DNA of 60,452 bases, counting the filler, from Sphacelaria rigidula (Eukaryota): assembly GCA_964200075.2 (NCBI GenBank). It is 6 parts of 6 records of this genome, joined end to end, with 100 filler letters (N's around TTAATTAATTAA, not from the genome) between each part and the next. Parts side by side here need not be neighbours in the genome. Positions count along the whole stretch, not along the records: positions 10,094 to 20,086 come from CAXNAA020007350.1; positions 20,187 to 30,178 come from CAXNAA020007351.1; 4 more parts are not named here. One strand, given 5' to 3'. The translations under genes were made by a program, and so were the position numbers. The notes beneath the pieces are model-generated. The model was given only the letters and a program-made list of their open reading frames with translations. It was not told the DNA's origin and did no database searches. Position 1 is the stretch's first letter. Each line of letters begins with the position of its first letter. Below, in pieces: positions 13,289 to 26,155 of the stretch.

Positions 13289-13464
13289 CACACCCTGGAC
13301 AATAACGATATATGATCAATAGATGCAATTGAACAAAAATGTACTGAGTCAAGTATGGGCATATTGCAACTATTGTTTGTCGAGAACGGATGTAATGGGC
13401 CGATACTGAACCCAGTACATTTTTGGTCTACTGCAGCTGTTGACCATACACTGTCCAGGGTGTG
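13289..13464. mobile_element. MITE with CACACCCTGGACA TIRs
   Basis: cacaccctggacaa ... tgtccagggtgtg. Confidence 0.7.
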
Positions 13465-14124
13465 AACGATTCGTATCGGTTCGGTCGAGCGGAAATATCC
13501 CAGAGCGAGAAGCGGGAGCTGTACACTTGTAGGACCTCCAACGATCGGTGAGGCCACGTCTCGCTCAAAATTGGTCGTAGGTTATATTTTGTCGAATAAT
13601 TGTGTCGAGTAATCGTGTCTCTCTATCCCCAAAGTTTAGCATCAAACAGAAACCACGATGAGTCAATCGAAATTGTTGCGTTCAACGTTTGACTACTATC
13701 ATTTTTGTACAATTATTGAGTATTCCAGGTCACTCAGGGTATGGATCTTGTCGAAAATACTGAGTATTCGAGAGTACCGTCGGTATGGAGTGCCGAAAAT
13801 ACCGAGTATTTCAGAGCACCGAGCGAGCCGACACGTCAAAATATCCTACCTCGTGTCCTACCCTACCCCAACCACCTTGGATCAACTCCGTGTTTGTATG
13901 GTGTATCCTCTCTCATATTGCGATTTTATTTCTTCAAGAAGTTTCCGATGATAATTCCCACCGGTGGATACTTGCTCAAGTTTGAGCGCACCAAACGACA
14001 TTCAGTTTCTTCAAACACATGAGAGCGGGTGACGCGACGTCGCAAAAAAAAACCCTGAAGCTATCGAAAAAAATCCAAACAAATCGTTTGCGTTTCTACA
14101 CACCTTGCAATCCACAGCCCTCAC

Positions 14125-14411
14125 GATACCCTAGCAACGGACACACGGACAGCAGAATAGCGAAAAGTGCTCCGCACACGCTTAGTCCTTCTCCAGACGA
14201 CACCGAATCGTACTCTCCCCCACCGTCATCACCATCATCGTAGTCGTTATACGGGGCAGGGGTGCTGGAAGCAGGCTGGGGATAACGGAAGGACAGCAAG
14301 GTCGCTGCCGCCGCTTCTCCTTCAGACACTCGTTGTGGCCCCCTAGGGCTAAAGGGCGAGACACGGTGCGGGCGAACACGGGGGTGGGTGGCTTCTGGAT
14401 GGAGGAGGATA
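14125..14411 (-). CDS. RTTN: Rotatin exon (ILLHPEATH...GLSVCGALFAILLSVCPLLGY); donor at 14125 or 14130
   Basis: ttatgcag acceptor, phase 2 fits the previous exon. LSVCGALFAILLSVCPLL resembles the rotatin LSLPQFCVSILESAVPLL block (recalled human sequence). Confidence 0.7.
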
Positions 14412-14973
14412 CTGCATAACACCATACATCATGCAGCGGCGAAAAATCCAACATCATATCGTTGACAGTATAATTTTCGAAGGGCTGGCGACACGGGAAG
14501 GAGAGAGCTTTTGGGCGTGGCCGTGCGTGCGTCGCGATGAGATGCTTGTAGTGTTCCCATCCTGGCTGATCACGACACTAGGGGTGGGATTCTGCGGAGA
14601 AGAATAAGCGGTCATCCCTCCTGAACACTTCGCCGGAGGGTCTACGCCTTGAGGCTATGGCTTGGGGGACAGTGCTAGGATCGGATCGGTCCGAACAGAT
14701 ACTCCAGTCGGGGTTTTTCTACACTACGCCACATGAGCGCATCAATTGTGAATGGGCTAGTGATATGCGAAGAAAAACTCGGAGTAGAGAAAAAATGAAC
14801 TTCAGTGTACGATGCGTGGTGTCGTCATTTTCATCAACATATCTTCATTTCAGCAAAGCACGATTTCCTTGCGTTCGCATATTTTGTGTTACGGTTAAAT
14901 CTTGAATGTTGCACCGTGCGCTGTCTGCGCATACTCTACCTGAACGAGCTACTGTAGGAACGGCTGAACGTAC

Positions 14974-15129
14974 CCGCTATCGTCGCCTCGGGTGGCGTCA
15001 GCGCTGTCGACGGACGGAGGCAGGAAAGCCGGGTCTAGATAGACGCGCGCCGAGGTCACCAATCGCTCGAAGAGGCGGTGTGCTGTGGATAACGCCTCTT
15101 CTAGAATTTTTTCGCTTGCTGAAGGTGCT
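14974..15129 (-). CDS. RTTN: Rotatin exon (APSASEKILEEALSTAHRLFERLVTSARVYLDPAFLPPSVDSADATRGDDSG)
   Basis: catcag acceptor, GG|gtacgt donor, 156 nt, phase 2/2. YLDPAF corresponds to rotatin HRDPGF. Not in the ORF track. Confidence 0.78.
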
Positions 15130-15529
15130 CTGATGATTTTGTTTGTTTGTTTTGCAGGAGCAAAAAGGCGGGGGTCGACGTGATGAATGTGGGACTAGGA
15201 AGCGCACAGCGAAGTAGATGTACGGGTCAGACCAGCCATACACTCGAGGTCTGACAGAAGGTCATTTGGAGAGTTGCGCTGCAAGCATGTCTAACTTGCC
15301 TTGAAGCATAGTCTACTTGTACCTCACAAGACTTGCTTTGTTGTTTTATGCTCACAAGAGTGTTGAAAACATTGGAGTGGGGCTACGGGGGGGGGTGAGG
15401 GGGCACTACGTCAAAATCGCCCTACCGTCTGAGGATGGCGTGCGTATAAAGCACCACTTCTACAGGGCATCACGGAAGCAAAACATTCTGTAGCGGCATG
15501 GTCTCAAGCATGGGAAGAGCACGCGTTAC

Positions 15530-15700
15530 CTCAACAACGATGTTAGACGTCCGAGGGTGCCCAGTCTCTGAAGTATGACTTCTGCAGGATAGTCTTCGAG
15601 GACGTTATCCCGTAGGTGGCGGATGCAGCTCAGAAGGATCGCCTCGGAGTTTGCGGTTTTGAATCGCACCTCGAAGTCGAACAACGCCGATTCTTCTGAC
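15530..15700 (-). CDS. RTTN: Rotatin exon (SEESALFDFEVRFKTANSEAILLSCIRHLRDNVLEDYPAEVILQRLGTLGRLTSLL)
   Basis: ttcag acceptor, AG|gtaacg donor, 171 nt. DYPAEVILQR matches the rotatin DFPAEIFLQRP motif. Confidence 0.85.
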
Positions 15701-15720
15701 CTGAATTTTGCACACGTCGG

Positions 15721-15964
15721 ACAGCTCATGAGCTATTTTCAATACATAACCAAAAGAGGGCTATCAGATCCATCGTCCAAAAACACAAAATACGTGACAG
15801 CAGGGTCTGAGAAGCTAACGCGCTACCTTTGCGCTACTTTTGCGTGTTCGGCGCCGAGGGCGGTAGGGAGCACATATGGGGAAGGGGGCCAAATGAGCCA
15901 AGTCATGATCCGGAGTAGTACACTAATGAGAAGTTATATTCAGGTAGCTATCTTATGACCTGTC
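15721..15964 (+). repeat. ~240-bp intronic repeat/MITE, second copy at 16883-17107
   Basis: Shared CAGCTCATGAGC, CCAAAAACACAA..ACGTGACA, GTAGGGAGC, AGTACACT.ATGAGAAGT, GACCTGT. Confidence 0.7.
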
Positions 15965-17525
15965 CGAAGTGGGGAATGTTGCGCATCAGAATAATGACGA
16001 CGAATGCAGCGATTTCACTGGGTCGAAACTGTATTGCAGAATCATGTCCACGACAAACAAATATCGACCAAACAGCAACTTGGCGCGCAAGCTGGCATCT
16101 CGTAGTCGAACAGGGTACGAATCTACACGTATGACAGAACAGCACCTAGAACCCATGTGCGGAAAGTACCCGGAATATATGTTCACTCCGAAACATATGT
16201 GCCAAAGGCGCATAGCATACACGCTCATCCACGTACAGTATATCTTGAACACACACGTAAAATATGCGTACAAGCTAGAACAACTTCTTCAAACGTCTGC
16301 AGAGGTATTTCATCAGTTGAGAACGGCGTTTCCAAACATCGTCGAATATCTGCTCGTTTAGACGCAGCTTTCCCGAAGGTCAGATATCTGCGAGTTGACA
16401 ACAACGTTTTCGGGACATTGTCAGATAGATATCTAGCACTTTAAAAAACAACTTCTGCTAGCAGTTTAAAAAACAACTTCCCCTGACGCACGGCCTTTCA
16501 CATCTGCCAGCTTTGGACTACTCTCCCGCACATCTTCAGGTTTCCTGTCCACCGTGGTGAATTGGCTTCGGGGAGGAGGGCGCAGTGTCGTGCCTGTTTC
16601 GTGTTCCTTACTCTATCTGATGGTCCAAGATGTACCAGAGACTCTTTTTCCGTAGATGTGGGGCTGCATATTCGACACTCAACAAAGAAAAATGTTTCAG
16701 AGACGACTGACGGTTACAAGTCTATGTGCACGAACTATATACGCACCACTCCAAGTTCGGTTATTTTCCATGCCGTGCAGTGGCTGCCGTTCATGTCGTG
16801 ACCATTAAGTTGCTGTCCAATAGTACTGAACCCGTCCAACTGATGCGTAATGTACTCTACTGCAATTGTTTCACACGCCGATCAGCTCATGAGCTCCCTA
16901 AAATGATCGATCGAAGAGGACTCTCAGGTCCCTTGCCCAAAAACACAAGACACGTGACATTCGGGTCCGAAAAGCGCGTGCTCGACGTCCAGCGCTGTAC
17001 TGTAGGGAGCAAACTTGGAAATAGGGGCCCAATGAGGTAGCTCGTGATCCGGGTCAGTACACTTATGAGAAGTAATACGCAAGTAATCACGATCTATCCG
17101 ACCTGTACAAAGTTTTTCATGTCTCTCGCCAATTTTGCGTCTCGTTCAACTTTCAGTGCTTTTCCTGACGTCATAATTTGACGATCGCCCCGCAACATGG
17201 AAAATATCCAAGACATAAGATCCAAGATACATGTGGCGAACAACATTACACTAGATGACCCCGACTCTTCTGTAAAACCGTTTACACAGTACTTGCTTGC
17301 AGGTTCAGTGGTAGGTATGATAGTATATATTACTTTAGCCAGTCACAGTAACTGGTAGGCATCAGTTTGCGTTTCTTGGACACAAACCACGTGCTACACG
17401 TTCGACCGAGAAATGATGGATTTGGATCCAGGGTGGCATGTATGCGTGGCCATTATTGAGATGTGGGAGACAAAAAAAAAAACTTCACGTGTATGCACAT
17501 GCCACAAGCGGCACGTGAAATTTAA

Positions 17526-17644
17526 CCCTTGTGGAACCAACCCACTGACGATTTCTGTGTTTGTGGATCGGCATCATTTTCAGTAGCCATCAAGTCAAAA
17601 CGATGCCGATTCACAACAAGAATCGTCCGTGGGTTCCAAAAGGG
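17526..17644. mobile_element. piggyBac-type MITE (119 bp)
   Basis: TTAA on both sides; TIRs CCCTTGTGGAACC / GGTTCCAAAAGGG. Confidence 0.75.
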
Positions 17645-18028
17645 TTAAGAACTGGCCTCAAACGGTCACATGACCCCCGTCGAGGACACAGTGCGCCCCT
17701 GTTCTATTTCCAGCGCTTGAATAGAACAGAAACAGAGCAGATGGGGAATTCGAGACGTTGTGAGATATTTTCCGGTAAGAACAACTTTCCCCAACCCGCG
17801 AAAGTGCTCGGCGAGTTTTGGAACGATTTTTCCTGAACATTATCGGGTATTCTGCTAGTCTTAGAATAACTTCCCCAAAACGCTCGCAGGTATTCTGTTG
17901 ATCTGCAAGAGGTCTGGTGTAGATCAAGCATATGGAAAACCGACAGAACTTGTTGTGTTCCGTCGTGCGTGGGGGAAGTTATGATCTAAACGCACGAAAT
18001 GTCTCAAAAGACAAATGAAGACGTTTTC

Positions 18029-19608
18029 CACACCCTGGATAATACAATATGTAATATATACTGCCCGCTCAATATATTGAGGCGTCGGATGGCAAATATA
18101 TATCGGGCGAGCGATATGATGACACGAGAGAGGGTCAATATATATTGTGCCGTCAATGTATCAAGGCTCGCGACATGCAATATATATCGACCGAACAATA
18201 TATCACGACACGCGCCACCTCAATATATATTGGCGGAGTAATATGTTGGTGCGAGAATGGCACCAATATATATTTATCGAGTAATATATTTGCCGCCACC
18301 CGAGGTCACTATATATTACAGATTCAATACACCCGACACCCGAAGTGCCAATATATATTGGGTGGACAATACACGAGGGAACCGACGGTCACAGTACTTG
18401 TTGATGTAGCAGAATATATTGGTTTTCAATATATAGATTGGAAAGTGTATTGGAATTAGTATTGTGGGCAGTTCTTTGTTCGCGGGCGCCATTCAAAGAC
18501 GTATTTTACATGCCGAAAATGCTCAATGTATTCCTCCGCAAGCGTGTTCAATATATATTGGCTGCACAATAGCTATCCGATCAGCCTGCGCAATATATAT
18601 ATTGGAAAAACAATACTTCTGCATGGTTTGCGTTCAATATATATATTATGGTAACAATATGCTACGCATCGCCTCGACTCAATATATATTGACACTTCAA
18701 TACATACACGGCCGGCATGCACAATATATATTGATATACATTACTTCATGATCATGACACGAGCATTATATGTTGTTGCTTCAATATCTCCAAGGGCATC
18801 CCAACACAAAATATATTGAAAAGACAATATTTGCGCTGGCTCCAGTACAAAGTATTGGTATCATATTGGAACATACTATGTTGTCCATGGTATAAGCAAC
18901 ACAGCCCCGGTGATCACAGGGGTACCAAAAGGCGCATATCGACCCCGCGTTTTCTGTCGTCGTGATGTTTAGCCAAGATATTTATATTACATGCTGGAAA
19001 GGGGATGGGCGGCCCCGCACCGGTGACCAGATAGGTATCAGGAGGCATATATACCGGGTCGCCTCTTCTGTCACCACATTTTCTAACCAGTATACATATA
19101 TATATACATATATATCGAACGCGTTCGACAACTTTCCGCAGTAATGCACACGAACTTCTGCGGCTCCCTTTAAAGCTTTTCCCAATCTGCACGGGCTCCG
19201 GCATCTATCGCGTCTGGATCTCTCCTAGAGCGGACACGATACTTATAATATTCAATATATATATATTCACCGGCCAATACAATGTCACCCACGCAGACCC
19301 AATATATATTGACCGGTCACTATGTTCCCATCAATGCGACCCTAATATATATATATATTGGTTGTGCAATATGTTGTCGCCCACGCTGCCCAAATATGTG
19401 TTGATGGGACAGTATGTGTTCAACCCAACAGTACCAATATATATTGGGCGGGCAATATGTATGCAGTCCCACGACATCAATATATATTGGGCGCGCAATA
19501 CATGTGCAGTCTAAGGATACCAATATATATTGCACCGGCAATATATCGCAAAATTCCAGTATGATCGACTAATATATATTGGAAACATGTAGTATTGTCC
19601 AGGGTGTG
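18029..19608. mobile_element. 1.58-kb non-coding TIR element (CAC-starting, possibly CMC/EnSpm-like) filled with a ~42-43-bp periodic CAATATATATTG array
   Basis: TIRs CACACCCTGGATAATAC / GTATTGTCCAGGGTGTG and more than 20 phased palindromes. Confidence 0.8.
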
Positions 19609-19673
19609 AAGTTTTCTGACGAGAACACAAATAACACAAGGCATGCAACCACATCCCCAGCGTGCGTTCATAC

Positions 19674-19787
19674 CTCACGAGTCGAACGGCCGGAAATCGC
19701 CACCCCCCTTTCAAGCAGCGAGCCAGCGTCCCTGCAGATGACACCCTTGACGATAGTGAGCTTCCGTCCACCAGATCTCTCGTCCAC
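19674..19787 (-). CDS. RTTN: Rotatin exon (WTRDLVDGSSLSSRVSSAGTLARCLKGGWRFPAVRLV); 5' boundary could extend to about 19888
   Basis: AG|gtatga donor joins in phase to 15700, giving GWRFPAVRLVRSEESALF, comparable to rotatin FPWLPLTTTDRHVL. Confidence 0.72.
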
Positions 19788-20086
19788 CTAGGCCAGCTTT
19801 CGCGGTGGTTACGACGGATGGGAAAGCACCGGACAGCCAAGAAGCATACCCAACGTAAATGAACATTCTCAGGATCATGCGGCAGCACCTGTTGACTGGT
19901 TGATTGTCGCACACTAACTTATCCCTGTGTAGTCATGACCCAGTCGTGGTCACAAGATAGACATGTAGTACCCAAGGCAAACAAAACGGAAACGCTCGTT
20001 GCTGAAGAAAAGGAGAGGGTGTCTGTATGGGTGGGGGGGGGGGGGGTACGTTTGAGAGGGCATACCATACTCAGCAGCCCATCGCC

Positions 20087-20186
20087 NNNNNNNNNNNNNN
20101 NNNNNNNNNNNNNNNNNNNNNNNNNNNNNNTTAATTAATTAANNNNNNNNNNNNNNNNNNNNNNNNNNNNNNNNNNNNNNNNNNNN
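20087..20186. other. Artificial contig linker
   Basis: N..TTAATTAATTAA..N. Confidence 0.98.
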
Positions 20187-20772
20187 AAGGGTGAGCTGCA
20201 TCCTGCTAAGATTGTCCGGCCAGAAGCCTACTGATCATCTTGCATTTGAATGACAGCCAACAATGAGTTGCTTCACTTTCTGGTATCGCCACTTCCAGAG
20301 ACAGTCACGGTTTTCACACTCCCTCGTGGATGTCTCACCACATACACCCAATGTGGTACTGTCATTCCCTTTGCGCCGAGTTCGGTTTCTCTACCCCGCA
20401 CAAAATGACCTGAGTCGACCACCATCATGATTACCTCGAGAAAAACGCACGCGGAGAAAAATTGGTTACCTGGTTGCCTAACTTACACTGTGAGCAGCGT
20501 GTTTTACAGCGTCGTTGCCAACCGACGCCAACCCTGGGAAGGAATAGGAAATCGTAGGGAAAGACAACTTTGGGTCATTTCTTCCACGGAAATCCAATTC
20601 AAATCGTCGTTGAAAACAGCAACAGCTGTTCAAACGCGCTTGTTACCGGTGAAAAACGCTCATTCATCCTGCTTGAGATCTTTTTCACCCAAATACAAGC
20701 GCACCGGCGCGTTCGGTCGTATGACAAACCCACCAACCCTTTTTTGGTTTGGAATCAACCCCTCCCTCCTAG

Positions 20773-20852
20773 TGCTCCGTCTCGAAAGGGATGCGTGGTC
20801 AATGGTCAAACGACTAAGGCAAGCAACAAATGAGTACGCCCCCCCCCCCTCC
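20773..20852 (+). mobile_element. Heavily 5'-truncated LINE 3' end with oligo-C tail
   Basis: GTGCTCCGTCTCGAAAGGGATGCGTGGTCAATGGTCAAACGACTAAGGCAAGCAACAAATGAGTACGCC matches 44778-44847 exactly. Confidence 0.85.
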
Positions 20853-23069
20853 TACCGTAGCATGACTCCTTGAACTACGTTGAGCTAATTTGGCTGTGGA
20901 CTATGGTCGCGCTTGTTTTTTCACGAAAATTTTCGCTTTCGTATACGGAATTCCGAAGCTTGGAGAGGAAATCGTCGCTGGAGCGCACCCGCGAAGTCAC
21001 TATTATGCGCATGGGTTGTCCCGTGACTGTGGAGATGTGACTAACTGATGTGGTGCTTTTTTCACCTGTGGTGCCATTCCGCCTTGTCTTCGGTGTTTAG
21101 CGCCGTGCGGTGACTGAGACTCTCCCCGTACAGGCCTCTGCTATGTCTTACTTGTCAAAAGAACGTCGACGCGTCCAATTTCGATTTGCGCCGGGAGCCA
21201 TATGTCCACGGTTAGGACGAATCATCACGACTACTGATCACTAAATCCACGATTTCTTCGGCCTGATCGCCCAAAAGGGAGANNNNNNNNNTTTTGCGCC
21301 ATTCCATGTGTCTGGGCTGCGTGTACCTGGGTTACAACGCTAAAAACAAGGCCTAGAGATTGATTCCTACGATTCGAATCAAATGTACTAAAACCAGGTA
21401 ATTTCCAGACGAACAATTATTTGTCCGACCCTTGCGTATGTCCCAAAAACTCCGTAGTGTTCGGATGCGGTTTTTGTGAGCTGTTATATTTTCATTTGTT
21501 TGTTCCCCTTGTTGCATCCTCTGCCGACCCCCCGTTGGGTCGCTGGTCCTTGGTGCTGGTCACACTCGGGTTTGAAAATGCGTGTACCTCATCCGTTCAT
21601 CTCTTTTGCGCACGTCTCAAATTTGGCCTTCATTTTTGCGCGATTCGTACGTGATGACTCGCTGCTTGCGCATAGATCTCGAAGACGCACAAGCTGAAGG
21701 CGATGAGCAAGAAGCAGCTGAGGCAAATCAAGAAGAGACAAGTGAACGCACGTACGGGCGAGGTCGAGTTCGTTAGCCCTTGGGGAGGCGGCAAGAAGTG
21801 ATGGCCGGGGACGAAAAAGGGGTGTCTACAATGGACTCGCCATTCTGCTCACGCAAAACCTTGAAAGTGACTTGCAAGCTGCTGTAAAATTATTGAATCT
21901 CTCCAAGCGCGAATAGGAGGGCTGTGAATGGTCGAGTCGCGCATCGCACTATAGACGTGCGAGTGGGGACGGTCACTTTTGATCAAGCCCAGGTTGTGGA
22001 ATCTACCGCAGCGGAGATGGGTAATGGCGGAAGCCTTGACTGGGAGTTGATGTCAACTAAGACCCCTTCAGGCAGGCTAACCTCGGGCCATTCAAAATGT
22101 GTGTCGATCTCGCGGAGGATTTTCATGGCTCTTGAAGATTTCGGAGGCGGAACAATTTTTCCAACGAATGGCGATTGTCTGTCGAATTTTGATGTTGTCG
22201 CGCGGGCAAAGATGTCTAGCGGGTGTTTACAGGGCAATTTTTTCAAATATTTTCGCGCAAGATGGAGTATTCCGGCTTCTCCAAACGGGAAGAAATGCTG
22301 ATGCAAAAATCGACGCTGGATCCTAGGAGCAATCAATATTCTTGAGAGGAAGTTTCAGCTTGATCTGGTTGAGAAGGTTAATATGGCATTTTGAGGAACA
22401 AGTAGAAACTGTCGAGATTTCGTGTAGAGAGTAAGTTCTGTTGAACTTTTGACGGCGAATGTAGGTATCTGTTGAATCGGCTTCAATTGCACTTCAAAGA
22501 GTATGAATGATCTAGGTGGACTCCTCTAGCGGCTGTGGGGTCAAGTATACCGCCTCCAACCCAGGAAAACTTTGTACATGTCCAAGAATCGTCAAGAATT
22601 CCTTCGGTCTACTACTCATCACCTTCTTTCTCGCCTTGTGGTGGGAGTGTGGTTTGTTGTCTCATCGCCCGTGTATATCTTGTAGTGTAGCATGAAGGTT
22701 CGTCAAGAGAAGAACACGAGTGAGGATCCTCCCCATGCGCTAGTCCGTCGAGACGCGATCGCTCACCTGAAGCTTGAGCCCATCCTTTCGAGATGTGCAT
22801 TTTCCCCCAAAGGCAAAACCGTTATTCCCGACCATGACTGTTCGGATATCTTCGAATGTTCATTTTTATTCCTTGTTTGTCATTGATTTACTTAAATCAA
22901 CTGATGCCTTGTGAATTCACCGAGGAGAGCAAAATGAGCGTTTGCAGCAAGTGGAATGAACGGCAAAGCTTTCGCTCCGGGGTAGAATCAAATACGCACA
23001 AAAAAACTCTAGTAGCTGAACTTGAAAGTAGCGCGGGTTGTTCCAGCTTCTTGAGTATCACGTTCGTGT

Positions 23070-23330
23070 AGAATTCGAAAGTGCTACAGTAGCGTCGGTA
23101 GATTTTGCTACGACAAAGATATTATCCCCAAAACAGTGTCCAATTTTTTGTGTCAGTTTATGTTATCGGGCGAAACGAGTAGATACCTCGTTGATCAGGA
23201 GGGTGTTGTTGACCATGAGACATGATTTATCGACTGTGCAACGAAATTTTGATAAAACAAGCACCTTTATTTCTTCACAACCACGACCGAGACAATCTCG
23301 ATAGACCGAAAATGACGAAGAGTCAGACTG
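23070..23330 (-). repeat. Dispersed repeat, inverted relative to about 10520-10805
   Basis: Shared AACACCCTCCTG..AACG.GGTAT.TACTCGTTTCGCCCGATAACA and CAAAATCTACCGACGCTA. Confidence 0.7.
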
Positions 23331-23361
23331 GGCTGGAGAGTGGCAGGAGGAATGCTACAGG

Positions 23362-23992
23362 AGGGGTACATAACTATTTTTTGAGGTTATAATTGTTAGC
23401 CCACCTCTAACGGGAGCCGTTTATAATTCCTGTCGAAAACTGCCTTTTGGGCCCTCCCCCGTCAATGTAAGCCCGAAAAGAGGACTGGATGGATGTTGTA
23501 GGCACTTTTGTTCTTGGTGGAATGAGGCCAAACACGGATTTTCAGTAAAAAAACGTCAGGGGAATTTTCCCCCTGTTTTTCGATCGCTGCATCGTTTTTT
23601 GTTGAAAATCTGTTTGGCCAACAATGAAAGTGCGGCCAGCGGGAGATGCAAAGTTGCCCTGAAACGGCCTCAATGAATAGAGCAAGTCATTCCAAGACGT
23701 TGATATCCGCCGAGCTCTCTTTTCAGGCGTGAAACGACGGAAAAGGGCCAAAAAGGCAATTTTCAACAGGAATTTTGAATGCCCACATTAGAGTCGGTTC
23801 TAGGAGCCTTGGATTTCATCCAAAACACGACCTATGAAAATATGTGAGAGCACGCCAGGATTACTATTCCAATATACTGGGGATATCCCGAATTGATTTG
23901 CAAACGGGGATGCCCTGACCCATATTTTTGTGCGTGTAAAATCGTTGGGAGCCCCTGAACTAGACAAAATTTCGCGAAAAAGGTGTACCCCT
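23362..23992. mobile_element. Possible MITE bounded by AGGGGTACA / TGTACCCCT
   Basis: 9-bp inverted termini, non-coding interior. Confidence 0.4.
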
Positions 23993-26155
23993 ACCGTAGC
24001 GTTGCATCATTCATCAATACAAATGATTCTTCGTACAAAAGTAGTATCTTCAGATCCCCCATGTGATTAGCGGTGGCGAGCGAGAGAAAGTGAGAAACGT
24101 CTTCCGAAGAAATTGCCAAACTCTACTTTGAACTCGAGGCACTGTAGAGAAAGCAGCATGACCATTGGAACGGGAGAAACAATATTCTAGTGAGATTGAG
24201 AGTAGGGGATGCAGTTGAGAGTGAAAAGCGGTCAATTAGTGGATTAATCGTTTCAGTTCCGAAATGCCCCTACACGAGGCCCAATATGCTTTCTGTAGTA
24301 GCTTGCCACTGAGACCCTTGATATCCTCAAGTGAGGTATCGACGTGAAGCTGGAAGGAGACGCCAGTGATTAAGGCAACGAAAAATTTGCCACGTTCAAG
24401 CGAAGAATCGATGCGAACCTCGACCAGCGCTCTACTCCAAATCTCACGAAAACGGTGTTGAGAATGAGCATGAAAAGCAAAACGTAGTCACCAGATATGG
24501 AATGCTGGGCCAACACGCCAGACCTTGCGATTGCGATTGTAGATGGCACGGGGAGTGCGGCCGGGCGAGGCTGCAAAGCAGCTATCCGATATGCCCATCG
24601 CGACAGTGAACTGAAACTAGCGACGAAATACCAAAAAAGGAGTGTTTTTGGCGCTGGAGAACACGAATATCGCATGCAGGAGGTCTAGCGGAAAAGGTGC
24701 ACGCCATCATGCACAACCCCGAGTGCTCACTTGAGGAGCCAAACCTTGAAGGTGCAACAAGTATATATACACGCATATAAAAAGACTCAACAGCATCAAA
24801 CACACACATTGTGTGCGTATCACACACGATGCAAATGCCGACTTCCACCCAGTCAAGGCGCAAGCCGCCTCGCGTCTTCACAACGAACGCGATTGGGTTG
24901 CAAGGGACTTTCTCTCCACGGTGGGATCAACCAATCATCACAACTCCCCTTCACTCCGAGAGGGCTATCCGGCTTCAAACGTGGACATCCCATATACAGG
25001 TACAGCACGCTCCCCCACCTCATCATATCCTACAGAAAAATACCTCCCTTGCACAGGCATGAAATGGGACACGGTAAAATCCTGACCACGCTAATCAGCG
25101 TCATTACCCCTCCTGCCATGAATACGAAGGTGCAAAATAATTGCGCCCATGGTATAAGAGGTATTGACAATAGGTGTCGTGCGTCTCCAAGCGCGGCTGT
25201 CATGGGCACATGAAACCGACACAGCGGGAACAGGCTTTCAACACTCATCACTCGGGGCAGAATACACATGAATGAAGCTGCCGCGCAAGAGACGTGGTAT
25301 GTGTAATTGAATCATCGGTGTCATGGACTCCCTTGTTAATTCCCATCTCAGCGCTCACAACTCCAAAAGGTCACCAAAAACGAACAACAGCTCCCTTCTC
25401 AAAAAACAAAAATTCCTGCAGTTTTTCGTGGCACTGTCGAACGTACCAACGCCTATTACAATCTGCCGCACATCCTACCACACATCAAAAACCAAACCCA
25501 CGCCTCTCATGCTCCTTTTCCCAGGTCTCTTGCTACATCCCATCGCCTAATGACCCGACACTACAGTATTACACATGAATAGCTGCTGACTGCCAGCCCA
25601 GTCGATCCAAGAAACCTGGTACAGTATTGGCCGGACCACGTCCACCCCTAGGCGGACCTCATTGCGTACATATTTACATCGGCCACGCGAATGCAGGAAG
25701 TGGTCAGTTCATCCTTTTTTCACCTCCTCTTCCTTGCTGTACGTCAACCCGCAGCGCTGTACTCTCTTCCCATCATCACTTACCACAGGGAAAACTTCGC
25801 GTACACCGAAAACACCACTTACCCTACCCTTCAAAACCGATCACTCCTTGCCGCAAAAACACTTTCTCAAAATTAATGCTTTTCCCCCGACCACTCCCCT
25901 CCACCTGTTCCGGCAGCTCTTGTTTTCAGGCTCCACCTCCAGGGCAGAATTCCACGTCCCATACAGGCTCGAGACAGGCACGGACTGCAAAACGGAAGTC
26001 GCCGGTTGGGGTACGTGAGATATTTTCGCCATTCTGCCGGGGGCTTATCAACAAAGCAGCAGAGATATCCAAATTTTGGGGCCGCCGCTAGAGACTCCTC
26101 CCAATTTTTGGTGTTCCATCCTGCATCTTATCTTGTTTTTCTTTGAAAAACGACG

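Noticed and set aside
18029..19608. CRISPR array
   Set aside because: The repeat is only 12 bp and AT-rich, spacers contain a conserved half-site, the array is bounded by TIRs inside a eukaryotic intron, and there are no cas genes.
24040..24750. Degenerate coding-like stretch (also 12060-13280 and 21900-22450) considered as transposase or Fanzor/TnpB remnants
   Set aside because: Multiple stops and no recognisable RuvC, DDE or zinc-finger motif by eye; a translated HMM search is needed.
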